Source of the DNA: an uncultured Alphaproteobacteria bacterium
GTDB taxonomy: Bacteria > Pseudomonadota > Alphaproteobacteria > Rhizobiales > Xanthobacteraceae
Assembly: GCA_963825225.1 (NCBI GenBank)
Contig: CAWGSN010000038.1
Location: 313,384-377,383, forward strand
Direction of reading: 5' to 3'
DNA: 64,000 nucleotides
Below the pieces are notes generated by a model that worked only from the letters and a program-made list of their open reading frames with translations, was not told the origin of the DNA and ran no database searches. Shown piece after piece: positions 1-9,810 of this stretch. Position 1 is the stretch's first letter. Every line of letters starts with the position of its first letter. The position numbers and the translations under genes were made by a program.

Positions 1-1539
1 GATGGTGGCGACCTGAAGCCCTGACCCGTTCGCGGCCATCGCACCGGCGACGCCGGACGACAGCACGTGAGTCGTCGAGACCGGCAGTCCGAACATGTCG
101 GCGGCGCCGATCGTGGCAGCGGCAACCAGCTCGGCGGAGGCTCCCTGGGCATAGGTGAGGTGGCTCTTGCCGATCTTCTCGCCGACGGTGATGACGATAC
201 GCTTCCAGCCGATCATGGTGCCGAGGCCGAGCGCAATCGCGACCGCGATCTTGACCCAGGTCGGAATGAACTTGGTGGCGCTGTCGAGCGAGGCCTTGTA
301 GGCGTTGAGGATGCCGACCTCTTCCTTGTTGAGGTCGTTTTCCTTGTCCTTCATCAGGAAGCGGATCGCTTCCGACGTCAGGTACATGTCGTTACGGGTG
401 TTGCCGACGACCTCGGCCGGCACCTTGTTGAGCGAACCGTATTTCTGGACCTGGTCGCCGACGTCCTTCACCAGCACCGCCAGCGACGGATAGGTACCTT
501 CGGCTATCTTGTGCGCGGCGACATATTGCGTCACCGCCGGGCGCGGATCGCCGATGATGCTGTGGCCGGCGCCCTTGGCGGCGACCACCTTGGAAGCGGC
601 CTCGGAGGTCTTCTGGAACTGCACCACCTGCAATTCCGGCAGCGCGCGGTTCAGCGCGTAGGCGGTCGGCACGGTGCCGATCAGGATCAGCATGATCAGG
701 CCCATGCCCTTCTGGCCGTCGTTCGAACCGTGCGCGAAGCTGACGCCGGTGCAGGTCAGGATCAGAAGGCCGCGGATCCAGAGCGGCGGCGCCTTTTTGC
801 CTTCCGGTGCCGCGTACAGCGCCGGGTTGCGGACGATCATCTTCAGCAGCAGCAGCAGGATTGCGGCGCAGATGAAGCCGACCAGCGGCGAGAGCAGCAG
901 CGCGTAGCCGATTTCGGTGGCCTTGCCCCAGTCGACGCCGGAGGTGCCGTCGCGGCCGCGCATCAGGGCATTGGCGACGCCGACGCCGATGATGGAACCG
1001 ATCAGGGTGTGCGAACTCGAGGCCGGCAGGCCGAAAAACCAGGTGCCGAGATTCCACAGGATCGCGGCGATCAGCAGCGCGAACACCATGGCAAAGCCGG
1101 CGCTGCTCCCGACCTGGAGGATCAGTTCGACCGGCAGCAGCGAGACAATGCCGAACGCCACGGCGCCAGAGGAGAGCAGCACGCCGAGGAAGTTGAAGAA
1201 GCCCGACCACATCACGGCGAATTCGGCCGGCAGCGAGTGGGTGTAGATCACGGTCGCGACCGCATTGGCGGTGTCATGGAAGCCGTTGACGAACTCAAAA
1301 CCGAGCGCAATCAGAAGGGCGACGAAGAGCAGGATATAGGGCAGGTAAGTCGTGACCCTGGTGCCGGTGGCATCGACGTCGGAATAGATGCTGTAGGCGA
1401 CGAACAGCAGTCCGGCGGCGAGAATGCCGAAGAAGATGATCATCGTAAGCGGGTTAAACCCCTTGTCGAGATTGGGCTTGGAGGCCGGCTGGACCGGTCC
1501 TCCCTGGGCCATCGATGAATTGAGTGTCATATCGGTCAT
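1..1539 (-). CDS. pitA: Inorganic phosphate transporter, PiT family (3' end runs off the window)
   Basis: My translation from ATG at 1539 gives MTDMTLNSS...ALGFEFVNGFHDTANAVATVIYT...FAHGSNDGQKGMG, containing both PiT signature motifs and many TM segments. Absent from the ORF track because it is truncated. Confidence 0.9.
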   Translation of the reverse strand, partial: MTDMTLNSSMAQGGPVQPASKPNLDKGFNPLTMIIFFGILAAGLLFVAYSIYSDVDATGTRVTTYLPYILLFVALLIALGFEFVNGFHDTANAVATVIYTHSLPAEFAVMWSGFFNFLGVLLSSGAVAFGIVSLLPVELILQVGSSAGFAMVFALLIAAILWNLGTWFFGLPASSSHTLIGSIIGVGVANALMRGRDGTSGVDWGKATEIGYALLLSPLVGFICAAILLLLLKMIVRNPALYAAPEGKKAPPLWIRGLLILTCTGVSFAHGSNDGQKGMGLIMLILIGTVPTAYALNRALPELQVVQFQKTSEAASKVVAAKGAGHSIIGDPRPAVTQYVAAHKIAEGTYPSLAVLVKDVGDQVQKYGSLNKVPAEVVGNTRNDMYLTSEAIRFLMKDKENDLNKEEVGILNAYKASLDSATKFIPTWVKIAVAIALGLGTMIGWKRIVITVGEKIGKSHLTYAQGASAELVAAATIGAADMFGLPVSTTHVLSSGVAGAMAANGSGLQVATI

Positions 1540-1930
1540 GGCAACCCCCCGTGAAATGCTAACGGTGGTTAATCTTTTGACCGATGGACTTGAAGGTTAG
1601 ATGACAGCAGCAACGTTATGCCGAGAGCACCTGCAACTGGCGCGCGCAACTCTTCGCCGATGGGCACGCTGCAACGTCAGACATCGTGCGATGCCAGCTT
1701 GATGCAAAGCCAGAGATTGAGAAGGGCAGGTCGCGCGCTGCGCAGCACCGGGGCTAGGAGAAGCCACGCAGCGCGCCGACCTCGTGGGAACGTCATGGCG
1801 TGAACAGGACGCCCCAATCTCTCCCCAGAGAATGAGATAGTATCATCCATCAATTGAAGGTTGTACTTTTATTTGTCATTTTTCGAGGGTCGGTAACAGA
1901 AATTTGGGGTTTCCCTCCGTCGCTGGAACT

Positions 1931-3298
1931 TCAGGCGGCGCGAGCTGATTTTCGCAGCAACGCGGCGACCATTTTGAGGTCCTCTACAAAGCGCCGGTAT
2001 TCCCGCGCCTTGGCATCGGCATCGGGCAAGCGCAGCAGATAGGAGGGATGCACGGTCACCACGGCCTTGGTGCCGTCGTCGAGATCGATCGGGCGTCCAC
2101 GGCTTTTGTTGATTGGCGTGATCTTGCCGAACACGCTTTGCGCGGCGGTCGCCCCCATCGCCACCACCAGGACCGGTTTGATCGCGGCGCGTTCGCGTTC
2201 GTACCACGGCCGGCAGGCCCTGATCTCCATCGTATTCGGCTTCTGGTGCAGGCGGATTTTTCCGCGCGGCACGAACTTGAAATGTTTTACCGCGTTGGTG
2301 ATGTAGACCTTCGACCGGTCGATGCCGGCCTCTTCCAGCGCGCGATCCAGCATCTGGCCGGCCGGTCCGACAAATGGTTTGCCGGCGAGATCCTCCTTGT
2401 CGCCGGGCTGTTCGCCGACCAGCATCACCTGCGCGTTCTGGGGGCCTTCGCCGGACACGGTTTGGGTCGCATTCTTCCAGAGCGAACAGGCCCGGCAATC
2501 GGCGGCCTCTTTGCGCAACGATTCGATATCGTCGGCAGCCTGTTTGCGGCTCATTGGCGGTTCCTGGCGTTTCTCGGCGTTTTCGATCAAAGGCTCAATC
2601 AACGAAGCCTCTGGCGGGTTCCTCCAATGTCGCTGCGGCATCTCGGTTTGCATGGCCTTCACCTTCAGCCGGGCCGGATTGAAGATGCTGGCATAAGTGC
2701 GCCGCCAAGTTTCTTCCAGCCGGTCCTCCTTCGGCGCCTCGGCCTTGCTGATGCCTGATGTAATCAAGACGGCATGGCCGTCCCAATGCGCGCAGACATC
2801 AGGGGTCAGGATCGACCACGGCATGTCGGCGAAGCGGCTCGCGAAGAACGGCGCCGACGCTTGCACGATGTGATGCTCCGGCTCGAACCAAGCGACGAAA
2901 TGCGATTTCTGCTCGCGTCCGATTTCGCGGAAGCGAAGTGAGGCCTGCATTCTTTGTTGGTCGCGATGCACGGCCTTCGCCATCATGATGAGGCGCGCCG
3001 CATCCGGATCGCTCGCGTGCGTCAGCAGATCGTGGTCGCCGCGCAGCCGCCACAGCAGGCGATAGAGGAGGGCGAACCGTTCGTGGTCGCGATGCAGGAT
3101 CGCGGATTGCGCGAGCGCCAGGAATTTGGCCGGGACGTTGAAGCTACCTTGCGGCGGCTCAGGCAGAAGTGCGGAGGGCGCGTGGCCTCGCACCGTCCAC
3201 GTCACGTCGGACGGCTTCACGTCGCTCAGCGCCAGCGCCCGCGCGGCTTTGCGCCAGCCGTCGAAATCGGTTTCGCACTCGAGGGTGATGGTGTGCAT
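1931..3298 (-). CDS. DUF4130 (TIGR03915-type) domain fused to a UdgX-like family 4 uracil-DNA glycosylase domain
   Basis: N-terminal FDGWRKAAR...FEPEHHI...RFADMPWSILTP; C-terminal CRAC, GEQPG, GKIRLHQKP R-loop and HPSYLLR. ATG at 3298 follows GAAGG. Confidence 0.88.
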   Translation of the reverse strand: MHTITLECETDFDGWRKAARALALSDVKPSDVTWTVRGHAPSALLPEPPQGSFNVPAKFLALAQSAILHRDHERFALLYRLLWRLRGDHDLLTHASDPDAARLIMMAKAVHRDQQRMQASLRFREIGREQKSHFVAWFEPEHHIVQASAPFFASRFADMPWSILTPDVCAHWDGHAVLITSGISKAEAPKEDRLEETWRRTYASIFNPARLKVKAMQTEMPQRHWRNPPEASLIEPLIENAEKRQEPPMSRKQAADDIESLRKEAADCRACSLWKNATQTVSGEGPQNAQVMLVGEQPGDKEDLAGKPFVGPAGQMLDRALEEAGIDRSKVYITNAVKHFKFVPRGKIRLHQKPNTMEIRACRPWYERERAAIKPVLVVAMGATAAQSVFGKITPINKSRGRPIDLDDGTKAVVTVHPSYLLRLPDADAKAREYRRFVEDLKMVAALLRKSARAA

Positions 3299-3317
3299 CG
3301 AACCTTCACTCAACTCT

Positions 3318-3417
3318 CGTCATGCCCGGGCTTGTCCTGGCTTGTCCCGGGCATCCACGCCCTTCCTTTCGTCGGAAGCGAAGAACGTGGATGGCCGGGA
3401 CAAGCCCGGCCATGACG
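3318..3417. repeat. REP/RIME-like palindromic repeat of Rhizobiales type
   Basis: CGTCATGCCCGGGCTTGTCC...GGCATCCACG paired with CGTGGATGGCCGGGACAAGCCCGGCCATGACG; left arm has a short internal duplication of GCTTGTCC. Confidence 0.85.
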
Positions 3418-3504
3418 GCTTGCTCTGAATCTCTTTGATTCCGCTTATGAATCTCTTCGCCACCGATCCTGATTGACTCCAGGGGTCCTGTTAGCCTTAT
3501 ATTA

Positions 3505-3519
3505 GAACATATCATGAAC
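3505..3519 (+). promoter_or_regulatory. Alphaproteobacterial LexA (SOS) box
   Basis: GAAC-ATATCAT-GAAC matches GAAC-N7-GAAC; lies just downstream of TTGACT (3473)...TATATT (3498) and upstream of imuA. Confidence 0.85.
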
Positions 3520-3583
3520 AAATGAGCCGGCAGCGGGTTCATTCAAAGAACCAGCAATGGCCCAAATTCCTGAGGAGCGGCGC

Positions 3584-4378
3584 ATGACTGGCGCACGCAC
3601 AAGCACGCTTGCGAGTTTGCGCGATCGCATCGAGCGCATCGAGGCATCAGGGGATGCGTATGCGCCAAACAAAATCGCGCTCGGCCATGGCGGGGCCGAT
3701 GCGACGCTGCGGGGCGGGCTTGTGGCAGCCGCGGTGCATGAAGTGTTCGCCGAGGGACACCAGGGCGCGGCGGCGACGGGCTTCATCGCGGGTCTTGCGG
3801 GACGGGTGACGTCGCGCCGGCCGCTGGTCTGGGTGCGGCAGGATTTTTCGGAAATCGAATCCGGTGCGCTGTCGATGAGCGGGTTCGCCGAATTAGGCCT
3901 CGATCCGCGTCTGCTGGTGACCGTGCGCGCCGCCGACGTCGATACGGCGTTGCGGACCACCGCCGACGCGCTGGCCTGCGATGCACTCGGCGCCGTGGTG
4001 CTGGAAGTCTGGGGGAGCGCGCGACAACTCGATCTGGTCGCGAGCCGCAAACTCACACTGGCCGCGCAAGCTTCCGGCGTCACGGCACTGCTGCTGCGTC
4101 TCGCCGCTGAACCGCAGCCATCGACCGCGGAGACCAGATGGATCGTGCGCGCGGCGCATTCGCCGCCCCAAGCGCCATGGCATGCGTGGGGCGCGCCGGT
4201 GTTCGACGCCGAGCTCGTTCGTAATCGTCATGGCCCGGTTGGGCGGTGGATCATGGAATGGAAATGTGATGAGTGCCTTTTCAGCGAACCGGCGGCGTAT
4301 CCTCAGCCTGTGGCTGCCACGCCTGCCCATCGACCGCATCCAGCGACAATTGCCACAACACAGCGGCGGGCTGGATAA
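3584..4378 (+). CDS. imuA: ImuA, RecA-like mutasome accessory protein
   Basis: GGL..AAVHEVF, LGLDPRLL, SRKLTLAA, STAETRW motifs; GAGGAG RBS before ATG 3584; first gene of the imuABC cassette. Confidence 0.9.
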   Translation: MTGARTSTLASLRDRIERIEASGDAYAPNKIALGHGGADATLRGGLVAAAVHEVFAEGHQGAAATGFIAGLAGRVTSRRPLVWVRQDFSEIESGALSMSGFAELGLDPRLLVTVRAADVDTALRTTADALACDALGAVVLEVWGSARQLDLVASRKLTLAAQASGVTALLLRLAAEPQPSTAETRWIVRAAHSPPQAPWHAWGAPVFDAELVRNRHGPVGRWIMEWKCDECLFSEPAAYPQPVAATPAHRPHPATIATTQRRAG

Positions 4379-5858
4379 CACTCCAAGCGTCATCGTCGCC
4401 AAGCAGAACAACGCGCTGGTGATCTATGCGCTCGACGATGTCGCGGCGCGTTCCGGCCTTGCGATCGGGCTACCGCTCGCCAATGCCCGCGCTATCTGTC
4501 CTGAATTAGTGGTGTTCGATGCCGATCCGGTCGCGGACGCCAGGACGCTCAACGATATCGCCGACTGGTGCGATCGCTTCACGCCGCTGGTGGCGCTCGA
4601 CCCGCCGCATGGGCTGTTTTTGGACATCACCGGCTGCGCCCATCTGTTCGGCGGCGAACGCGCGCTGCTGCAAATCGTGTGCGGCGCGCTGACAAGACGC
4701 GGCTTTGCCGTCAGCGCCGCCATCGCCGGCACCTCGATCTGCGCCCGCACCATGACGCGCCATGCGTCGGGAAAGATCATCGCCTACGGCGAGGAGGCCG
4801 ACGCCGTCGGCCCGCTGCCGGTCGCAGCGCTCGGCGCGGGTGAGGCCATCACAATCGGCCTCCGCCGCGCGGGCTTGAAAACCATCGGCGATGTCGCCGC
4901 GCGCGCCCGCCACGAGATCACGGCAAGGTTCGGCGCAGGCTTCACCGCCTTGCTGGAACACGCGCTGGGGCAGGGCGATGCGCCGATCAGTCCCCGAAAG
5001 CCGCTGCCGGATTATATCGTCGAGAAACGTTTTCCCGAGCCCGTCGCCACCGACACCGTGATCGCGATGAATTTATCCGCGCTCGCCGGCATGCTGGTGA
5101 CCGCAATGGACAAACAGGGCAAGGGCGCGCGGCGGCTGGAAGCGAGCTTCTTCCGCACCGACGGCGCGGTGCGCACGATTCCCGTCGATACCGGCCGCCC
5201 CGTGACCAGGCCTGAGGTGATCGACCGCCTGTTTCGCGAGCGGCTCGATGCCTTGAACGATCCGCTCGACCCCGGCTTCGGCTTCGATCTCATTCGCCTC
5301 TCCGCCAGCCGCACCGAAATCGTGGTGCAGCAGCAGCGCGATCTCGATGCCAATGTCCATGACAATGACGAACTGACCGCGCTGATCGACCGCATCGCCG
5401 CGCGGATCGGCGGGCGCCGCGTGGTTGTGCACCTGCCGCAGGACACCCATATTCCCGAGCGCGCCGTGCTGGCCGCACCGGCGCAGCATCATCTGGCGGC
5501 CGCAACACAGGCGGCCTGGCCAGCGCGCATTGAAAGCGAGCCGCCGTTGCGGCCGTTGCGGTTGTTCGACAAGCCCGAGCCCATCAAGGTGCCGTTTGCG
5601 ACAGTCCCCGACGGACCGCCGCATCATTTCACCTGGCGGCGCGTCACCCACGCGGTGGTGCGGGTGGAGGGCCCCGAACGCATCGCGATGGAATGGTGGA
5701 AGCAGAATGGCGAAGCGCTGACGCGGGATTATTTCCGCATCGAGGATTCGGAAGGATTGCGCTTCTGGATCTACCGCGACGGGCTCTATGAGGGCGAACT
5801 GAAAGACACCGGCGAACCCGTTCCGCCCAAATGGTTCGTGCACGGGCTGTTCGCATGA
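4269..5858 (+). CDS. imuB: ImuB, Y-family polymerase-like protein
   Basis: RRILSLWLPRLPIDR, RFTPLVALD..GLFLDITGCAHLFGGE, GPERIAMEWW, RDYF, WFVHGLFA; start reassigned to ATG 4269. Confidence 0.92.
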   Translation: MSAFSANRRRILSLWLPRLPIDRIQRQLPQHSGGLDNTPSVIVAKQNNALVIYALDDVAARSGLAIGLPLANARAICPELVVFDADPVADARTLNDIADWCDRFTPLVALDPPHGLFLDITGCAHLFGGERALLQIVCGALTRRGFAVSAAIAGTSICARTMTRHASGKIIAYGEEADAVGPLPVAALGAGEAITIGLRRAGLKTIGDVAARARHEITARFGAGFTALLEHALGQGDAPISPRKPLPDYIVEKRFPEPVATDTVIAMNLSALAGMLVTAMDKQGKGARRLEASFFRTDGAVRTIPVDTGRPVTRPEVIDRLFRERLDALNDPLDPGFGFDLIRLSASRTEIVVQQQRDLDANVHDNDELTALIDRIAARIGGRRVVVHLPQDTHIPERAVLAAPAQHHLAAATQAAWPARIESEPPLRPLRLFDKPEPIKVPFATVPDGPPHHFTWRRVTHAVVRVEGPERIAMEWWKQNGEALTRDYFRIEDSEGLRFWIYRDGLYEGELKDTGEPVPPKWFVHGLFA

Positions 5859-8800
5859 ACGTTGCATATGCCGAAATCGGCATCACCACGAACTTTTCCT
5901 TCCTGCGCGGCGGATCCGATCCGCGCGCCTATGTGCACGAGGCGAGCCGGCTCAATATTCCCGCGATCGGCATCGCCGATCACAATACGCTGGCCGGCGT
6001 GGTGCGCGCTTATAAGGAGCTCAACAATCCCGAGGTTATCAACAAGCCAAAACTTCTGATCGGCGCGCGGCTCGTCTTTATCGACGGCACGCCTGATATT
6101 CTGGCCTATCCGCGCGATCGCGCCGCCTATGGCCGGTTGTGCCAGCTGCTCACCCACGGCAAGCGCGGCAATGATACGGACAGGATCGCAAAGGGCGAGT
6201 GTCATCTGAGGCTCGATGATCTCCTCGAATTTTCCGAAGGCCAGCTTCTGGTGCTGACGCTGCCGCATCGTTTCGATGCGGCGAGTGCCGCAAAAATCCT
6301 GCAGCGTCTGAAGGACAGCCGCGCCGACGGCGTGTGGCTCGCCGCAAGCCTGCTCTATCGCGGCGATGACCGGCGCCGGCTGGCGCGGCTGCATCGCCTG
6401 TCGCTCGCGGCGAAAGTGCCGCTATTGGCGGCCAATGAGGTGCTGTACCACCATCCCGCGCGCCGCCCGTTGCAGGATGTGCTGACCTGTATTCGCGAGA
6501 AGACGACCATTGAAGCCATCGGCAAGCGGCTTGAGGCCAATGCGGAACGCTATCTCAAACCCGCCCATGAAATGGCGCGGCTGTTCCGCAATCTCCCCGA
6601 AGCGATCGCGGAGACCATGCGCTTTGCTGACCGCATCACCTTCACGCTTGCTCAGCTCAAATACCAGTATCCCGACGAGCCGGTGCCGCCGGGCAAGACC
6701 GCGCAGCAGCATCTGGAGGACCTGACATGGGCGGGCGTCGAGCGGTATTTCGGCGGCCGGATCGACGACACGCTGCGCGCCACTTTGAAGAAGGAACTGG
6801 CGCTGATCGCCGAGCTCAAATACGCGCATTATTTTCTCACCGTGCACGATATCGTCCATTATGCGCGCAGCCAGAACATCCTCTGCCAGGGCCGCGGATC
6901 GGCGGCGAACTCGGCCGTCTGCTACGTGCTCGGCATCACCTCGGTCGATCCGACCAAGGTCGATTTGCTGTTCGAGCGTTTCATCTCCAAGGAGCGGCTG
7001 GAGCCGCCCGACATCGACGTCGATTTCGAGCATTCGCGGCGCGAAGAAGTGATGCAATATGTTTACCGCCGTTATGGCCGCCACCGCGCCGCGATCATTG
7101 CCACCGTCATCCATTACCGGCCGCGCAGCGCGATCCGCGATGTCGGCAAGGCGCTGGGGCTGACGGAAGACGTCACCGCGGCGCTGGCCGACACGGTGTG
7201 GGGAAGCTGGGGCAAGGGCCTCAACGAGATGCAGGTCAGGCAGGCCGGGCTTGATCCCCAAAATGCGATGATCGAGCTTGCGGTTGCGCTCGCCACCGAA
7301 CTGATCGAATTCCCCCGGCATCTGTCGCAGCATGTCGGCGGCTATGTGCTCACACAAGACCGGCTCGACACCTATGTGCCGATCGGCAACGCGGCGATGG
7401 ATGACCGCACCTTCATCGAATGGGACAAGGACGACGTCGACGCGCTCAACATGATGAAGGTCGACGTGCTGGCGCTGGGCATGCTGACCTGTATCCGCAA
7501 ATGCTTCGATCTGATCGCCGATCACAAGGGCGAGCGCTGGGAACTCGCCACGGTGCCGCAGGACGACGAACCGGTCTACGACATGCTGTGCCGGGGTGAA
7601 TCGCTCGGCGTCTTTCAGGTTGAAAGCCGCGCGCAAATGAACATGCTGCCGCGCCTGAAGCCCCGGACCTTCTACGATCTCGTCATCGAAGTCGCAATCG
7701 TGCGGCCCGGCCCGATCCAGGGCGACATGGTGCATCCATATCTCAGACGGCGAAACGGCATCGACAAGGTAAGCTATCCCTCGCCATCGCCCGAGCATGG
7801 CGATGCGGATGAACTGCGCCGGGTTTTGCACAAGACGCTCGGCGTGCCGCTGTTTCAGGAACAGGCGATGCGGATCGCCATCGAAGCGGCAAAATTCACC
7901 TCCGAGGAGGCCAACGGCCTGCGGCGTTCGATGGCGACCTTTCGCAACGTCGGCACCATCGGCAAGTTCGAAGACAAGATGATCGGCAACATGATCGCGC
8001 GCGGCTACGCGTCCGAATTCGCCAAGAACTGCTTCGAGCAGATCAAGGGGTTCGGCAGTTACGGCTTTCCGGAAAGCCACGCGGCGAGCTTTGCCCAGCT
8101 CGTCTATATCTCGTCGTGGCTGAAGCATTATCACCCCGACGCGTTCTGCTGCGGGCTCTTGAACTCGCAGCCGATGGGCTTTTACGCCCCTGCGCAGATC
8201 GTCGGCGACGCCCGCAAGAACGGCGTCGAGGTGCGCGAGATCGACGTGTCCTTCAGTTTTGCCCAGAACACGCTGGAGGAGGGGAGCGGAAAATATTGCG
8301 CCGTGCGGCTGGGGTTCCGCCAGATCGACGGATTTCATTGGGTCGATCCGGATGAGGAAGGATTGAAAAAAATTCAGGCGTCGTTCCGGAATGGCGGTGT
8401 TGATGAAGCCGAAGACTGGGCCGACCGCATCGTCGCCGCACGCGCGCGGCGGCCTTTCACCTCGCTGGAGGAATTCGCCCGCGACACCGCATTGCCCAAG
8501 CGCGCGCTGATCCTGCTGGCGGATGCCGACGCGTTCCGCTCCATTGGGCTGGACCGCCGCGCCGCGCTGTGGGCGGTGCGCCGGCTGCCCGACGATGTGC
8601 CGCTGCCGCTGTTTGAAGCGGCCGTGGCGCGCGAGCAGCCCGACGAGCAAGCGCAGCCCTTGCCGCTGATGCCGCTGCCGGAACAGGTGGTCGCCGATTA
8701 TCAGACAATTCGGCTGTCGCTAAAGGGCCACCCGATGGAATTTTTGCGCGCGATGTTCACCAAGGAGCGTGTCGTGCCTTGCGAACATATCGCGCATCGT

Positions 8801-9226
8801 AACGACCGGCGTCATGTCCGCTGCGCCGGTGTGGTGCTGGTGCGGCAGCGTCCGGGCAGCGCCAAGGGCGTCGTGTTCATGACGCTGGAGGATGAAACCG
8901 GCATCGCCAACATCGTGGTGTGGCCGGCGGTGATGGAAAAATACCGCAAGGAAGTGATGGGCGCACGCCTGATCCTGGTCGAGGGCTATATCCAGAGCAG
9001 TCCGGAACACGTGACGCATCTGGTCGCGCAACGGATGTTCGATCGCTCCCACGACCTGATCGGCCTCGCCAACGATGCACTGAGCCGCAAGCATCCGGTG
9101 CCGGCGGGACCCGCATTGATCGAGCCGCTCAACGGCGACCGCCGCGATCATCCCGACACGCCGGCGCAAAAAAATCGCCACCCGCGCAACGTCCGCATCC
9201 TGCCGCCGTCACGGGATTTTCATTGA
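5855..9226 (+). CDS. dnaE2: Error-prone DNA polymerase DnaE2 (ImuC)
   Basis: TNFSFLRG PHP domain, GRGSAANS, PPDIDVDFEH, GVFQVESRAQ, C-terminal SRDFH; ATGA overlap with the imuB stop. Confidence 0.96.
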   Translation: MNVAYAEIGITTNFSFLRGGSDPRAYVHEASRLNIPAIGIADHNTLAGVVRAYKELNNPEVINKPKLLIGARLVFIDGTPDILAYPRDRAAYGRLCQLLTHGKRGNDTDRIAKGECHLRLDDLLEFSEGQLLVLTLPHRFDAASAAKILQRLKDSRADGVWLAASLLYRGDDRRRLARLHRLSLAAKVPLLAANEVLYHHPARRPLQDVLTCIREKTTIEAIGKRLEANAERYLKPAHEMARLFRNLPEAIAETMRFADRITFTLAQLKYQYPDEPVPPGKTAQQHLEDLTWAGVERYFGGRIDDTLRATLKKELALIAELKYAHYFLTVHDIVHYARSQNILCQGRGSAANSAVCYVLGITSVDPTKVDLLFERFISKERLEPPDIDVDFEHSRREEVMQYVYRRYGRHRAAIIATVIHYRPRSAIRDVGKALGLTEDVTAALADTVWGSWGKGLNEMQVRQAGLDPQNAMIELAVALATELIEFPRHLSQHVGGYVLTQDRLDTYVPIGNAAMDDRTFIEWDKDDVDALNMMKVDVLALGMLTCIRKCFDLIADHKGERWELATVPQDDEPVYDMLCRGESLGVFQVESRAQMNMLPRLKPRTFYDLVIEVAIVRPGPIQGDMVHPYLRRRNGIDKVSYPSPSPEHGDADELRRVLHKTLGVPLFQEQAMRIAIEAAKFTSEEANGLRRSMATFRNVGTIGKFEDKMIGNMIARGYASEFAKNCFEQIKGFGSYGFPESHAASFAQLVYISSWLKHYHPDAFCCGLLNSQPMGFYAPAQIVGDARKNGVEVREIDVSFSFAQNTLEEGSGKYCAVRLGFRQIDGFHWVDPDEEGLKKIQASFRNGGVDEAEDWADRIVAARARRPFTSLEEFARDTALPKRALILLADADAFRSIGLDRRAALWAVRRLPDDVPLPLFEAAVAREQPDEQAQPLPLMPLPEQVVADYQTIRLSLKGHPMEFLRAMFTKERVVPCEHIAHRNDRRHVRCAGVVLVRQRPGSAKGVVFMTLEDETGIANIVVWPAVMEKYRKEVMGARLILVEGYIQSSPEHVTHLVAQRMFDRSHDLIGLANDALSRKHPVPAGPALIEPLNGDRRDHPDTPAQKNRHPRNVRILPPSRDFH

Positions 9227-9282
9227 GGCCATGAATCAAGAGGCGACCTAAGTCTTCCCCATCATTTGCCGCGCAGCCCGCA

Positions 9283-9322
9283 CAAAATGAAATGGCCGCT
9301 GGAATTGCTTCCAGCGGCCGTT
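9283..9322 (-). terminator. Intrinsic terminator hairpin (U-tract on minus strand)
   Basis: AATGGCCGCTGGAA-TTGC-TTCCAGCGGCCGTT; followed on the minus strand by TCATTTTG. Confidence 0.65.
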
Positions 9323-9498
9323 CCCGGAAAAAATAATTGATTGGTGATGAACCCTAGCCCCGAGTGACGCACATCTTAGTCGACGCCATCGGATGCATCG
9401 AGTTAAAAATTTGCAACGTTGCCGGAAAAGCGATGGTAATGTTACCAGCCGGTCTCACCCAAATGGGTGAGGCGCTGCGAAAGCATTCATGGAGCCGG

Positions 9499-9522
9499 CC
9501 CCGGGCATCGCCCGGGGTTTTT
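9499..9522 (+). terminator. Intrinsic terminator (plus strand)
   Basis: CCCCGGGC-ATC-GCCCGGGG-TTTTT. Confidence 0.65.
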
Positions 9523-9595
9523 CCGTAGCATCGCCACGCGCTGTTTGACCGATCTCAGATATCGACGATGACCCGGAGGAGGACTCGACGAATTG

Positions 9596-9787
9596 TTAGT
9601 GATACGTGCCGAGCGTCGGCTTCGTCCAGATGTCCTTCATCGTCCATCCGCCAACCGGATAGGCCGCAAAGCGAAGCTGGGCCGACATGTAATCCTCCAG
9701 CGCGCCGCCCACCACCGCGTCGAGCTGCGCATCGTCGAGCACACGAACCGACTGGTCGTTGCGATCTGAATTCTTGAACTCGGTCAT
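9596..9787 (-). CDS. Small double-glycine-leader peptide 1 (63 aa)
   Basis: MTEFKNSDRNDQSVRVLDDAQLDAVVGG|ALEDYMSAQLRFAAYPVGGWTMKDIWTKPTLGTYH; L(-12), L(-7), V(-4), GG pattern; GGGAG RBS 6 nt before the ATG; GC3-rich codons. Confidence 0.8.
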   Translation of the reverse strand: MTEFKNSDRNDQSVRVLDDAQLDAVVGGALEDYMSAQLRFAAYPVGGWTMKDIWTKPTLGTYH

Positions 9788-9810
9788 TGTCGTCTCCCGT
9801 ATGTCTTTGG

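Noticed and set aside
67-1518. 483-aa plus-strand ORF, and similar long antisense ORFs (6422-8650, 40802-42928, 51701-53185)
   Set aside because: Shadow ORFs opposite real genes (pit, dnaE2, scpA, dipeptidase), expected in high-GC DNA.
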